From a virus, in IMG/VR virus record IMGVR_UViG_3300034069_000108, positions 1 through 44,950 of that record: a DNA stretch of 44,950 bases. One strand, written 5' to 3'. This document shows, piece by piece, positions 24,020 to 31,590 of the stretch (within the stretch, counting starts at the first letter, position 1; each line of letters begins with the position of its first letter). A program made the translations under genes and the position numbers. The notes beneath the pieces are model-generated. The model saw nothing but the letters and a program-made list of their open reading frames with translations. It was not told the DNA's origin and did not search any database.

Positions 24020-24167
24020 CTTCAAGTTTCCAATTCTTAACTGCGGGCTTGTCAAGTTCCACCCGTCTCATTTTAAACTTAGGCGTTCGTAGGTCCCGTG
24101 CAATGTGGTTCTGCCGCCTAACGCTTCGTTTCTGTTTCTTAAAGTACGCACGGATACCTTTAGTCAC
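23961..24167 (-). CDS. hypothetical basic protein, 68 aa (MTKGIRAYFKKQKRSVRRQNH...)
   Basis: GTG start 8 nt after AAGGAA, directly after the dCMP deaminase stop. Confidence 0.4.
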   Translation of the reverse strand: MTKGIRAYFKKQKRSVRRQNHIARDLRTPKFKMRRVELDKPAVKNWKLEDEYCRNGRPDEVDDLSSVD

Positions 24168-24171
24168 TTAG

Positions 24172-24615
24172 CTATTCCTTCACAACTTCAACGTACTCAA
24201 TTCCAGCTTCCTCGAAGAAAGCTTTTGACTTCTGCATTGAGTGACGCCACCGATTAAGAAACTCTTCGGTTGCCTCGTACTCGCAGACTACGCGGGTTAT
24301 CCCTGCTTGGACAACATGTAAAGCACACCCGCAACAAACAGGCCGATTAACATAGAGAAAAGAACCAGCCACGGGTTGAAATCTTGCATTGAGGATCGCA
24401 TTGACTTCAGCATGGATCACCCTTTCGTACTTGCGTTCTCGGTCTTCGTAAAGATAGGCGTCGTCCCTCATGCCTTTCGGAAAGCCGTTAAAGCCAAGGG
24501 AAACAACATGCTTGTCCTTAGCGATAACAGCCCCGACCTGTGTGGAAGGGTCCTTAGACCAAGTGGCTACTTCATTTGCTAGATGAAGAAACCTGAGGTC
24601 CCACTTACTTAGCAT
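24172..24615 (-). CDS. dCMP (deoxycytidylate) deaminase
   Basis: Zinc motifs HAEVNAIL and PCCGCALHVVQAGI. The ATG at 24615 overlaps the upstream stop; the ORF track gives 24642. Confidence 0.88.
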   Translation of the reverse strand: MLSKWDLRFLHLANEVATWSKDPSTQVGAVIAKDKHVVSLGFNGFPKGMRDDAYLYEDRERKYERVIHAEVNAILNARFQPVAGSFLYVNRPVCCGCALHVVQAGITRVVCEYEATEEFLNRWRHSMQKSKAFFEEAGIEYVEVVKE

Positions 24616-24994
24616 CGGCAGTCTTACGAATGTGAAGTTCAAGAGCAGCCAGAGCGCCCCAAGCCTCGTGAGCTAGGTGTTCAAGCTTGCTGTCAGGATC
24701 GTTGGTTTCACCCATTGCGTCCTTAAGAGCGTGCCGGAACTGTGCGTCCTTGTACCGTTCGTACCCTTCCTCCACCCCTTCCCATCCGTTCCAAGCGTAC
24801 TTCTTTGCACCGAAGGTTGAGATTTCGGCAACAGCCCAGAGGGCTCGGGGGAAGTAGTTGATAACGCCACGCCAAACAGAAGGCTTTCCTGCGTCGTACT
24901 TAACGGCCCCAGTCCCGATGAGAGAGGGGTCGTCAGTCGTGTAGTCGCCGTTGCTGTAAGTGGTAGCGGGCAATGTTTCGATCACGTCGTCCAT
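24605..24994 (-). CDS. dATP/dGTP pyrophosphohydrolase-like protein (DUF5664 / MazZ-like N-terminal domain family)
   Basis: KYDAGKPSVWRGV...AVAEISTFGAKKY...RYKDAQFRHAL...DSKLEHLAHEAWGALAALE matches my memory of that family's consensus. Confidence 0.6.
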   Translation of the reverse strand: MDDVIETLPATTYSNGDYTTDDPSLIGTGAVKYDAGKPSVWRGVINYFPRALWAVAEISTFGAKKYAWNGWEGVEEGYERYKDAQFRHALKDAMGETNDPDSKLEHLAHEAWGALAALELHIRKTADAK

Positions 24995-25164
24995 TACTGT
25001 TTAATTCCAATCAACTCTTGGACATCTTCAATGTTGTCCTCGTTAATCCAGTCGTAGTCTTCGCAGGCATTGAGAATGACTTCAATGGGAACCTGTAGAA
25101 ATTCTACAAGCTCCCACCCTTCCAGCCGGTCTTCAGCAGCCCTCCGCTCAAAACTCGTGAGCAT
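24994..25164 (-). CDS. hypothetical acidic protein, 56 aa
   Basis: The internal ATG at 25164 lies just after the upstream stop (25169). TAATG overlap with the next gene. Confidence 0.45.
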   Translation of the reverse strand: MLTSFERRAAEDRLEGWELVEFLQVPIEVILNACEDYDWINEDNIEDVQELIGIKQ

Positions 25165-25168
25165 CTTT

Positions 25169-25891
25169 TTAAACCTTAGTCCTTGTTCCGTCCGACCAAC
25201 TGCCGCAGTTCTGACACTGAAGCCGCTGAATCTTAAATGCCTTCGTACGTCGGAAGCCTCGTGCATGAACGTGGTTTGATCCACAAGCTCCGCACTCGTG
25301 CTTTTCCTTACCCATGTGAGGGTGGTTACGAATGAAAGGCTTGATCTTCTGGTACAGCTTTTCAAGAAGACGAACGTCCTGAATGCAGTACTTCTTCATC
25401 TTTGCCCGAGCCTTTTCAGACCCGTTCATCACGTCCTTCCACAGGTTGAACCCTTCGTGCTTGACCTTGCCACCGACCTTCAGAAGAGGGCCAATGTAAG
25501 CCAGACGATTCATGTTGAACCCGAACTTCTTTACCGCCTTAATGACGTCAATAGAGGTAACAACGGGAGGAGGGTTAAGACCAGCAAGAAGGATTTCTCC
25601 GGTAATCTTCGGAAGATCGTACTTGTCGCCATTGTACGTAACAACTGCATCGGCTTCTTCCAGAAGAGCGAGGGCGGCCTTGGCCATTCCTTCCCGTGTG
25701 TCGTCCCATTCACTGAAGAACATGAACTCCTTCGAACCTTCCCAGTGAGCACAGAAGCACAACATGCCGCCGTGGTCAATGAGCTGGTCAGGGCCCACGT
25801 TTTCGTCCCACATTCGCCAGACGTACGCCAGAGCGGGACGCCACTCAATGTCCAGCACAAGCACCTTACCCGGTGTCTTATTCACTTTCAT
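25169..25891 (-). CDS. DEDD-type 3'-5' exonuclease (RNase H-like fold) with a C-terminal zinc ribbon
   Basis: LVLDIEW (Exo I), TYNGDKYDLP (Exo II), YCIQDV (Exo III). C-terminal CGACG...CQNCG. Confidence 0.7.
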   Translation of the reverse strand: MKVNKTPGKVLVLDIEWRPALAYVWRMWDENVGPDQLIDHGGMLCFCAHWEGSKEFMFFSEWDDTREGMAKAALALLEEADAVVTYNGDKYDLPKITGEILLAGLNPPPVVTSIDVIKAVKKFGFNMNRLAYIGPLLKVGGKVKHEGFNLWKDVMNGSEKARAKMKKYCIQDVRLLEKLYQKIKPFIRNHPHMGKEKHECGACGSNHVHARGFRRTKAFKIQRLQCQNCGSWSDGTRTKV

Positions 25892-26300
25892 GCTTACTCA
25901 ATTCCTTGGGCTTTACTGCGTCCCTAAACTCGTTAGGTCGCTCTTTAATCCACTTAACTGGAACAGTGCCTTCTGCATGGAGGAACCCGTACTTGCGAGC
26001 CCAGTCTGCATAAGTGTTCTTGCTGCCCTTGGACAACTTCTTATTTGCGTCCATAAACACAAAGCGAATGTCCAGATCAGGATGACACCTTTTCACTGCT
26101 GCCATCTTTGCCCTTGCCTTGACGTCGAAGTAACCCTTGGCCTCAATGATGATTCCGTTGGGCAACACAAAGTCAGGAAGGTAACGACCAAAGATGGTGT
26201 ACTCAAGCTTAAATGGTTCGAACTCCACAGTGATGCCGTTACTCACTGCTTCGTTGTAAACCGTCTCTTCGAACTTACTTCTAAACTTCAATTCTCGCAT
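25878..26300 (-). CDS. T7 gp3-type endonuclease I (Holliday junction resolvase)
   Basis: YLPDFVLPNGIIIEAKG, HPDLDIRFVF, KGSKNTYADWARKYGF and PVKWIKE align with T7 endonuclease I. Confidence 0.9.
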   Translation of the reverse strand: MRELKFRSKFEETVYNEAVSNGITVEFEPFKLEYTIFGRYLPDFVLPNGIIIEAKGYFDVKARAKMAAVKRCHPDLDIRFVFMDANKKLSKGSKNTYADWARKYGFLHAEGTVPVKWIKERPNEFRDAVKPKELSKHESE

Positions 26301-26469
26301 GTTCTAGTTGGTCTTCATTAAAAATGTGCAACATTCCGTTGTCTTTCATTTCTGCTACAATTCTTACTTGACCAGTTAGATTAGTAAAGACAGAGACTAC
26401 GGTGCTTGGAAATTTGTAACCTTTTGGTTTGAAAACCTCATCACCTTCTTTAAACTTAGGCATCTTCAA
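26281..26469 (-). CDS. hypothetical protein, 62 aa
   Basis: ORF track. Overlapping junctions with both neighbours. Confidence 0.55.
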   Translation of the reverse strand: MKMPKFKEGDEVFKPKGYKFPSTVVSVFTNLTGQVRIVAEMKDNGMLHIFNEDQLEHARIEV

Positions 26470-27313
26470 AGCTCACCTTAGGCTCTCTCACTACCTTAGT
26501 TAGGTAACGTGGACCTGTGCTGTAGTAGTACGTTTTAAGTTCTGGCCAACAGGTAAACTTGTGAGGACAGTACGAACAACCCGTACCCAGCTTCATGTTT
26601 CCAGACTTGCCGTCGGGCACGTCAGGGTAACAACGAGGCGGAAGGTTGGGGCTGGCGACTACTTCCTTGATGTGTTTAATGCGGTCACGAACTCGGTAAG
26701 CTTGCATCACTTCCTGTGGAATTTCGCAGAAGCAAATCTTACCCAGCGTCTTGTCTACTGCGAGGAACCCACCCCGTTCGAGGCCGAGTGCTTCGACGTA
26801 GCCGCAGAGCTGCGCAGTATATCCGAAGGGGTCATTGCCCGGCTCGAATAGTGCGCCGCTGTCAAACTTCTGAAACGAGAACGAAGAGGCTGACTTAACG
26901 TCAACCAGAACGCCATCAATGATTGCGTCAATGTGCCCTTTAATGCCTTCAAGTTCCACCTCGCCTTGTTCGTTTTCAACCGTGTGGCCTGCCATCTTAG
27001 CGTAAAGCAACATCATCTGTTCAATGACGTCACCGTAACTGAACTTAATCAACGTGGCAGGAAGTAGCTTTTCTTTCTCACCTTCTCCGTTAATGTCGTA
27101 CCAAAGCTGCCTGTCAGGACGACCAATGTTGGACATCCGCAGGTGGGCTCCGCCTTCCCGTTTAACGTGGAATCGGGTTTCCATAATGTCGTGAAGGTTA
27201 TTTCCGAACTCTCGGAAAAGCGCCAGCTCCTGAACCGCAACGTCGGGCTCAAGAACGTCTTCCTTTCCGAAGAGTCCGTAAATGTCGTTCACAAGGTCGT
27301 CAATACTTGGCAT
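26456..27313 (-). CDS. PD-(D/E)XK nuclease (RecB/Cas4-like) with a C-terminal Cys cluster
   Basis: GHIDAI...VLVDVKS is a D...D/ExK motif. C-terminal CYPD...GCSYCPHKFTC. Confidence 0.7.
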   Translation of the reverse strand: MPSIDDLVNDIYGLFGKEDVLEPDVAVQELALFREFGNNLHDIMETRFHVKREGGAHLRMSNIGRPDRQLWYDINGEGEKEKLLPATLIKFSYGDVIEQMMLLYAKMAGHTVENEQGEVELEGIKGHIDAIIDGVLVDVKSASSFSFQKFDSGALFEPGNDPFGYTAQLCGYVEALGLERGGFLAVDKTLGKICFCEIPQEVMQAYRVRDRIKHIKEVVASPNLPPRCYPDVPDGKSGNMKLGTGCSYCPHKFTCWPELKTYYYSTGPRYLTKVVREPKVSFEDA

Positions 27314-27334
27314 TTTATCTTTCTAATGAGAGGT

Positions 27335-27378
27335 GACTGGTAGGGGATTGCACACCATACCAATTTAATCTACCAGTC
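27335..27378 (-). promoter_or_regulatory. intergenic 9-bp perfect stem (GACTGGTAG / CTACCAGTC, 26-nt loop); possible RNA processing or attenuation site
   Basis: Read directly between the stop at 27408 and the start at 27313. No U-tract follows. Confidence 0.4.
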
Positions 27379-27407
27379 CTTACCGTGTGCTCGACCACAA
27401 ATTAGGG

Positions 27408-27920
27408 TTAGCCTTCCGAGTTGCCGTTAGACGAAGCTACCTGACCTTGCTCATTGGCCAGAACTTCCTCGTGCTTACGCTTGGCTTCGTTGTCCGCACT
27501 TGCCTCGTTAAAGGTAAGACCGTACTGACGAAGAGTTTCAAGGCCGTGCTCGAAGTCGTGACGATAGGTGGTGCCAGTCTGGTAGCCGATCACGTTGTCG
27601 AGAGCAGTACGCAGGTTGGTAGCCTTGTCGTAGTCGATGGTGTCGAGGCCAGCAGTTTCCTGCGGGGCAATCGTGCCGTTGTTCTCAGCAGTGAAGCCGC
27701 TAATCGTCGGGCTGTTGGGATCGACAGCAGCAACGTCCTTGTGACCGTCACGAGCCGCAACCTGATCCGTCACGTTTTCAACGTTCGTAGTCGTGTCCGG
27801 TTCCTTAGCTGCGGTCTTGGTGTCAGTACGGGTGTCGTCCGGGCGCTTGTCAGTGTTGGCTGCGTTAGCCTCGCCTGCACCACGGTTTGCGTCGTTGTTG
27901 CGATTCTTGTTGTAAGCCAT
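27408..27920 (-). CDS. hypothetical protein with a disordered N/T/D-rich N-terminus (170 aa)
   Basis: ATG at 27920 preceded by CAGGAGAAG. The ORF-track start at 27974 is less likely. Confidence 0.6.
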   Translation of the reverse strand: MAYNKNRNNDANRGAGEANAANTDKRPDDTRTDTKTAAKEPDTTTNVENVTDQVAARDGHKDVAAVDPNSPTISGFTAENNGTIAPQETAGLDTIDYDKATNLRTALDNVIGYQTGTTYRHDFEHGLETLRQYGLTFNEASADNEAKRKHEEVLANEQGQVASSNGNSEG

Positions 27921-27925
27921 ATTAT

Positions 27926-28162
27926 TTACTTCTCCTGTTTGATCTTCACAATGTCCACACTCTTGGGAATCCAAAAGTTTTGCTTGACAGTGAGAAGATT
28001 AGTCACGCCCAGCACTGGGTCAATAGCCTGTGGGTAAAGCTGCAAAGCTTCTCGGGCCTTGGCTTCTGCCTCCTCTTCCGTTCCGGCGGTAACAACCAAA
28101 TGAACTTCACGAGTCACGATCTGGTCAACCTTAGCGGTCACTTTGTAACTGACTTTACTCAC
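27926..28162 (-). CDS. hypothetical protein, 78 aa
   Basis: ORF track. GTG start 8 nt after AAGGAA. Confidence 0.55.
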   Translation of the reverse strand: MSKVSYKVTAKVDQIVTREVHLVVTAGTEEEAEAKAREALQLYPQAIDPVLGVTNLLTVKQNFWIPKSVDIVKIKQEK

Positions 28163-28303
28163 TTACCATTTCCTTGAAAAATGTGCAGGCCTTTCACCCG
28201 CTGGGGCTATTCGAATGTCGCCTCTGTTAGGACAGGGTTAGCAAGCTAGAGCCCAATCACCGTGCATCAACCTAACTCGCACACGGCTTACTCGTAAGAA
28301 CTT

Positions 28304-28855
28304 TTAGAAAGGCACTTCGTCGTCAAGGTCTTCCTCAGCCAGACCGAAGTCCTTCTTGAAGTCGTCCTTTACAGGGGCCTTCTTAGCCGGAGCCTTAGCG
28401 CCAGCGTCGCCCTTGTCCATACCCCCGAACTCCGAAGACTGGTACTGGACCAGCTCCGTAATGCGAAGAGCGACAGGATACATACCCTTCTTCTTACCAA
28501 CTCCGTAGTCACGAATGTCAAGCTTCACGTCGCCATCACTGCCGTTGCCGATCAGCTTGGTCTTGTCCCACTCACTGTCCTCAGCGTCGTAAAGACGGAT
28601 CGGAGGGTTGGGGTTGCCGTCCTTGTTGAACTCGGTCTTGCGAAGAACCAGAACCTTACGGTCGGGGTTTTCCTTGTCCTTGAGTCGGTCGGTCAGTTTG
28701 TGCTGCTTGAGAACCTTCACGCCGTCTTCATTCGGCTCGAACTCGAAGGTCCACTCTCGGGCGTCTCCGCCGTAATTAGGCCGGGGCTCACCCGTAACCT
28801 TTGCCCAGTAAATCTTACCAGAGATAAACACAGTTGCTTTGTTATTAGCGGGCAA
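28304..28855 (-). CDS. ssDNA-binding protein, T7 gp2.5-like architecture (183 aa)
   Basis: Acidic C-terminal tail ending EEDLDDEVPF (gp2.5 ends ...DEDGDF). Sits in the T7-like replication module. TTG start at 28855, 7 nt after AAGGAAG; the ORF-track N-terminus (to 28978) is actually the tRNA gene. Confidence 0.65.
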   Translation of the reverse strand: MPANNKATVFISGKIYWAKVTGEPRPNYGGDAREWTFEFEPNEDGVKVLKQHKLTDRLKDKENPDRKVLVLRKTEFNKDGNPNPPIRLYDAEDSEWDKTKLIGNGSDGDVKLDIRDYGVGKKKGMYPVALRITELVQYQSSEFGGMDKGDAGAKAPAKKAPVKDDFKKDFGLAEEDLDDEVPF

Positions 28856-28898
28856 AATCTTTCTTCCTTTTAGTTTTTTCTTAGACGTTTCTGTGAAA

Positions 28899-28974
28899 TG
28901 GCCCCAGACCAAGGACTCGAACCCTGCTAGGCGGTTTTGGAGACCGCTGCATCGCCCCTTAATGCTTGTCTGGA
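28899..28974 (-). tRNA. trnW: tRNA-Trp (anticodon CCA), 76 nt with encoded CCA end
   Basis: Hand-folded cloverleaf. Acceptor TCCAGAC/GTCTGGG, D stem GCAT/ATGC, anticodon stem GCGGT/ACCGC with loop CTCCAAA, T arm CAGGG-TTCGAGT-CCTTG, then discriminator G and CCA. Confidence 0.85.
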
Positions 28975-28976
28975 AC

Positions 28977-29024
28977 ATTGCTTCCGCCGACTCGAACGGC
29001 TTTAGGTCTTCCTTACAGAAGCAA
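28977..29024 (-). ncRNA. tRNA-like minihelix (acceptor stem plus T arm only), 2 nt upstream of tRNA-Trp
   Basis: TTGCTTC-16 nt-AGCCG TTCGAGT CGGCG-GAAGCAA-T. The 7-bp acceptor-like stem is perfect and the T loop is canonical. There are no D or anticodon arms. Confidence 0.3.
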
Positions 29025-29093
29025 ATAAAGTAAGGGGTTCGTTTTTTAACGGGACTGTGTATGTCTTTCCCAATCCCCTTACCTTGTCCTCAT

Positions 29094-29121
29094 AGTATAG
29101 CAGAAATGGTGTAAATGTCAA
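29094..29121 (-). promoter_or_regulatory. strong sigma70 promoter (TTGACA-16 nt-TATACT) driving minihelix, tRNA-Trp and SSB
   Basis: The reverse complement reads ttgaca tttacaccatttctgc tatact. Confidence 0.7.
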
Positions 29122-29321
29122 GCACTTTCTTCGTCTTCGTCAGGTCCTTCCTCAAACTTTCTAATCTCACGCTTGCCAAGCTCAGTCAGAATGGGAATGC
29201 CGTCCCGATCAAAGCCGTAAGTCCAACGAAAAGCCTTACAGAACTCCTTGGTTTGAGTGTACTCACCGTCGAGAGGGTCCCACTGGTCAGTGAGAAAGCG
29301 GTACTCCTTAGGTGTCATCAT
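29118..29321 (-). CDS. hypothetical protein, 67 aa
   Basis: ORF track. ATGA overlap with the upstream small ORF. Confidence 0.55.
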   Translation of the reverse strand: MMTPKEYRFLTDQWDPLDGEYTQTKEFCKAFRWTYGFDRDGIPILTELGKREIRKFEEGPDEDEESA

Positions 29322-29497
29322 TCAGGCTTCTCCTTTTCGTAAGCGTAGTCCCACTCTGCACACAAGTAGTTGATAGCCGCTGTCTGCATCGGGGTTTCAG
29401 GTTTCAAAGGCTCGTAAGGGTAAATGACACCACCTCTTGTAACACCATGAGTGTACTTAAGAAAATACCACGCCCTTCCGTCGTCGTTAAACTCCAT
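29318..29497 (-). CDS. hypothetical protein, 59 aa (MEFNDDGRAWYFLKYTHG...)
   Basis: Hand translation. Overlapping junctions on both sides. Confidence 0.45.
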   Translation of the reverse strand: MEFNDDGRAWYFLKYTHGVTRGGVIYPYEPLKPETPMQTAAINYLCAEWDYAYEKEKPE

Positions 29498-29633
29498 TGT
29501 CCAGCCTTTTCAGTTCTTGGAAAAACTCTTCAAACTCTGTGTAGTCCCACTCCTCCATTGGCCAAGTCTTGCCGTTAGACAAAGTTTCTCGCCTCTTGAT
29601 GATGGCAAGCTCAGCGTCACTCCACTCCGACAT
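29487..29633 (-). CDS. hypothetical protein, 48 aa (MSEWSDAELAIIKRRETL...)
   Basis: Hand translation. Overlaps both neighbours. Confidence 0.4.
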   Translation of the reverse strand: MSEWSDAELAIIKRRETLSNGKTWPMEEWDYTEFEEFFQELKRLDNGV

Positions 29634-29712
29634 TTTTAAACTCCTCGCTGCCCTTCCTTGTAAGAAAAAAACTGTGAAGGTCCTGAAGACGGTCAGCTTC
29701 CTTAGAGGTCAT
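29617..29712 (-). CDS. hypothetical peptide, 31 aa (MTSKEADRLQDLHSFFLTRKG...)
   Basis: Hand translation. No clear SD. Confidence 0.25.
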   Translation of the reverse strand: MTSKEADRLQDLHSFFLTRKGSEEFKNVGVE

Positions 29713-29759
29713 AGGCAAGTCTGCTGCGTACCTCCAAACAAGTGTCTCGTACTCCTGTC

Positions 29760-31577
29760 TTAGTGAGTTTCTGCCCATGTCAACCCTTGCTTTGCTTCTC
29801 CGGTGAGAGGAACGTTGAGGTTAAGCTCTTCGCCAGCTTGTTGAATACTAAGTACACTGAGTCGAGCGTGCTCAGCGGCGTCGTCAGGTGCCACGTCGTA
29901 CTGCCATTCGTCGTGAATGTCTCCAACCTTGAGGCTGTCCAGTCCTGCTCGCTTAATGTGCTTTGAAAGAAGGACGGCTCCAAGTGCCATGACTCGGGCA
30001 CCTGAACCTTGAAGCTTGTAGTTAAGGGCTGCATGTGGACTTGGACAGATGACCCCTGCCCCGTCCACAAGCCAAACCCGTCCGGTTTCTTGCTCAGCTT
30101 GACACTCCGTAATTAGGTCCTGCACACCCAGCCGGTCCAGAAAGAGCTGCCTTATTCGGGCACCTTCCTTGTTACTGACCTTGAGGGTCTTGGCAACCTT
30201 AGGTCCTCCTGCACCATAAAGCGCTGCGTAAATAAGGGTTTTGGCATTAGGTCGAGTAATTCCAACCAAGTCCGCATTGAACTGGTGAGGATCACCATTT
30301 ACGACCTGCTCTGTGAAGTCTGCCCGGTTAAGGAAATGAGCGAGCATTCGGAGTTCAAGACCTGCTGCGTCAGTTCCAACAAGAACTCTTCCATGTCGTG
30401 CAGTCCATAAATCTCGTGCCTCATATGTAAAGTACCCGTCTTCTCCTCGAAGAACCACTCCGTCTTTTGAGGTGCGAACTGCGGGAATGTTGGCCGTGTT
30501 TGGGGCCTGATGTCTGAACCTGAGGGTATCTGCAACGAATAGCTTACCGTGAATGCAAGAGTCGGCTTCATTCCAGTTCTCCAACCAAGTGTTAATCATG
30601 TTGGCCCTGCCGTTGACCGACATCCACTTGGTGATTAGTGCCACCTCAGGAATGCCAGACGCTTCGGCAAACGCAACAAGAGACTTTTCAGTTACCTTTG
30701 GCTGACCTTCTGGATGAGCCTTGGACTTTGGGGTTCGTTCTTCAGCCACCCACCCCAGTGCTTCTAGCTTTTCTGCTCGCTGCTTGGGGCTTCCGATGTT
30801 GAAGGGGACGTCTTCGAAGGCGGTGTAGGTTCGTCCGTCAGGGCTGACTTCGACTCGATAGCGTTCAAGGTCTCTTTGATAGATGACACGTTGCTGACCA
30901 GATCGAGTAAAACAATCTCCAGTGCGAACTTCTCGTCGCTCGGCTGGAAAGGCTCTTCGGATTTCATCTTGAAGCTCCTCTTCTCGTTTGCGTAGCTGTT
31001 GGTAAAGCAGCATGGCTCGCGGGCCGTCGAAGTGAAAGCCATTGATCTGCTGCCGATGAAGGATGGTTGTGATGTTGTGTTGGATGTAACAGGTACGTTC
31101 GCTGAAGCCCACCTTGTTGAGGACCTTGACGATGCGTCGGAACAGTTCGGCGGTTACTCGAACGTCCTGAGCACAGTACCTAATCATTTCGTCCGAAAGG
31201 TGGGTCCAGTCGTTGAACTCAAACTTCGGAAAGCCAATCCTGCCGCCCCACTCTCCGAGGCTGTGACCTCCCGGAATGGAAGGATGGTAAAGCATACAAA
31301 GGATCAGAGTGTCCACAACCTTAGACACGCTTAGCTTTGTCTTGGCCAGCTTGTTAAGCTGAGGTGCGTCAAATTTCACGATGTTATGGCCAACGTAGAA
31401 AGACCCTGCGGTTGCCGCAAAGAAGGCCCTAATTTCGTCGAGGGTTGTACACGTTCCGGTTTCTCCCGTCCATATATTCTCCCAGCACATAACCCAGACA
31501 ACAGTTGCGTCAAGGTCGTCGGTCTCAATGTCGATGGCGTAGTAGTCTTGGGCCTGCGTTTCCCAGTCTAGGTACAT
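29760..31577 (-). CDS. family A DNA polymerase with an N-terminal 3'-5' exonuclease domain (605 aa)
   Basis: Exo I YAIDIETDD. Motif A GTDAAGLELRMLAH, motif B RPNAKTLIYAALYGAG, motif C GDIHDEW. Confidence 0.93.
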   Translation of the reverse strand: MYLDWETQAQDYYAIDIETDDLDATVVWVMCWENIWTGETGTCTTLDEIRAFFAATAGSFYVGHNIVKFDAPQLNKLAKTKLSVSKVVDTLILCMLYHPSIPGGHSLGEWGGRIGFPKFEFNDWTHLSDEMIRYCAQDVRVTAELFRRIVKVLNKVGFSERTCYIQHNITTILHRQQINGFHFDGPRAMLLYQQLRKREEELQDEIRRAFPAERREVRTGDCFTRSGQQRVIYQRDLERYRVEVSPDGRTYTAFEDVPFNIGSPKQRAEKLEALGWVAEERTPKSKAHPEGQPKVTEKSLVAFAEASGIPEVALITKWMSVNGRANMINTWLENWNEADSCIHGKLFVADTLRFRHQAPNTANIPAVRTSKDGVVLRGEDGYFTYEARDLWTARHGRVLVGTDAAGLELRMLAHFLNRADFTEQVVNGDPHQFNADLVGITRPNAKTLIYAALYGAGGPKVAKTLKVSNKEGARIRQLFLDRLGVQDLITECQAEQETGRVWLVDGAGVICPSPHAALNYKLQGSGARVMALGAVLLSKHIKRAGLDSLKVGDIHDEWQYDVAPDDAAEHARLSVLSIQQAGEELNLNVPLTGEAKQGLTWAETH

Positions 31578-31590
31578 TCAGTCTGTCCTT

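Noticed and set aside
24605-24994. The possibility of a Z-genome (2-aminoadenine) pathway, suggested by the MazZ-like domain.
   Set aside because: No PurZ-like ORF (GDEGKGK-type adenylosuccinate synthetase motif) and no DatZ-like HD phosphohydrolase ORF is present. The domain also occurs outside Z-phages.
28163-28303. A TTCGAAT T-loop-like string and hairpins in the SSB-downstream intergenic region as a possible second tRNA.
   Set aside because: No acceptor, D or anticodon stems can be built on either strand around it.
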